Shown: positions 63,198 through 64,000 of the stretch, one piece after another | Layout: every line of letters begins with the position of its first letter | Position numbering within the stretch: position 1 is the first letter of the stretch | From: an uncultured bacterium | GTDB lineage: Bacteria > Patescibacteriota > Minisyncoccia > Phycocordibacterales > GWA1-40-21 | Assembly: GCA_963716205.1 (NCBI GenBank) | Contig: OY970290.1 | Location: 108,906 to 172,905 of the forward strand | Length of the DNA stretch: 64,000 nt | Reading direction: 5' to 3' | Translations under genes and position numbers: made by a program | Notes under the pieces: generated by a model | What the model saw: the letters and a program-made list of their open reading frames with translations, nothing else | Databases searched by the model: none | Told to the model about the DNA's origin: nothing

Positions 63198-63347
63198 ATG
63201 AAAAAATCTTCCCAAAAATCAATTGAACATCTTCACCATTTCCACTGTGTTTATTGCAGAAAGTGGTGGACAATTGGCGATGCGCCAAAATTAAAAAGAA
63301 TGTGGTGGTGCCCGTGGTGCGGAAAAGAAAATAAATTGAAAAAATAA
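63198..63347 (+). CDS. Small Trp-rich zinc-ribbon protein (49 aa), not in ORF track
   Basis: MKKSSQKSIEHLHHFHCVYCRKWWTIGDAPKLKRMWWCPWCGKENKLKK*; two CxxC; 2-nt gaps on both sides. Confidence 0.7.
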   Translation: MKKSSQKSIEHLHHFHCVYCRKWWTIGDAPKLKRMWWCPWCGKENKLKK

Positions 63348-63349
63348 AC

Positions 63350-64000
63350 ATGCTATCAATTTTCTCCAAAAAGCCAGTTGTTGTCGTGCATTCCGGAAAA
63401 TTTCATCCGGATGATATTTCTGCTGTTGCGATCATTTCACTGTATCTCGGAAAATCAGTAAAAGTTGTTCGAAGTCGAGATCCGAAAGTTTGGGAAACTG
63501 CGGATTATATGTTTGATGTTGGCGGAGAATATGATCCGACAAAAAACAGATTTGATCATCATCAGCCAAGTTTTACGCTCAAACGAGAAAATGGTATCAG
63601 CTATTCTTCCGCAGGACTTGCATGGAAACATTTTGGAGAAAAAGTTGCGGGAAGCCATGAAGTCTGGCAAAAAATCGAAGAGAAAATTATCGAGCCACTT
63701 GATGCTGAGGATAATGGTATAGAATTATACAAAAATAATTTTGAAGGAATATCACCGTATACATTTGCCGATTATCTATTTGCTTTCAATCCTACCTATT
63801 TTGAGAAAAAACAAGGATCACTCAAGGCGTTTGAAAAAGCAATTGCCGAGGCAAAAAAAATGTTCAAGCGGGAAATCAAAAAAACAAAGGATAATCTGCG
63901 CAGTCAGAAAATTGTTGAGAAAATTTATCAGGAAACTTCGGATAAAAGACTTATTATTTTGAATGATGAATATTCCTGGCAAAATGTTCTGGGAAAATAT
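63350..64000 (+). CDS. MYG1-family (DHH-like) exonuclease, 3'-truncated by window
   Basis: VHSGKFHPDD, RSRD, DVGGEYDP..NRFDHHQ, YSSAGLAWKHFG, DAEDNG. Confidence 0.9.
   Translation, partial: MLSIFSKKPVVVVHSGKFHPDDISAVAIISLYLGKSVKVVRSRDPKVWETADYMFDVGGEYDPTKNRFDHHQPSFTLKRENGISYSSAGLAWKHFGEKVAGSHEVWQKIEEKIIEPLDAEDNGIELYKNNFEGISPYTFADYLFAFNPTYFEKKQGSLKAFEKAIAEAKKMFKREIKKTKDNLRSQKIVEKIYQETSDKRLIILNDEYSWQNVLGKY

Overview
Chromosomal fragment of a small-genome bacterium, most likely Patescibacteria/CPR (Parcubacteria-like). This is inferred from the absence of rpmD/uL30 between rpsE and rplO, a divergent 16S, two stand-alone VirB4/TraG-like ATPases and Ser/Thr-rich surface proteins. It holds the end of the spc operon (rplF-rplR-rpsE-rplO-secY, then adk-map) and unlinked rRNA genes: 23S-5S at 10.3-13.9 kb with a 307-nt ORF-less group I intron at the L2593 site, and a separate 16S at 34.4-35.9 kb whose 3' tail lacks the anti-Shine-Dalgarno. 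Also present are rodA, two giant modular tail-fibre-like secreted proteins with S74 chaperone domains, a type IV pilin, secDF, tRNA-Ile and tRNA-Leu, a Wzx/glycosyltransferase/O-antigen-ligase-like glycan cluster, secA and a partial MYG1 gene. The most notable find is an ~8.5 kb AT-rich element integrated at the 3' end of tRNA-Leu(CAG) whose attachment site lies inside its own large serine recombinase gene. Integration replaces a 28-aa native C-terminus, now stranded in frame at the far end of the element, with 14 aa read antisense from the tRNA. The element also carries three copies of a 26-bp triple-TGAAC motif and two structured leader RNAs. All calls come from reading the sequence; no searches were run.
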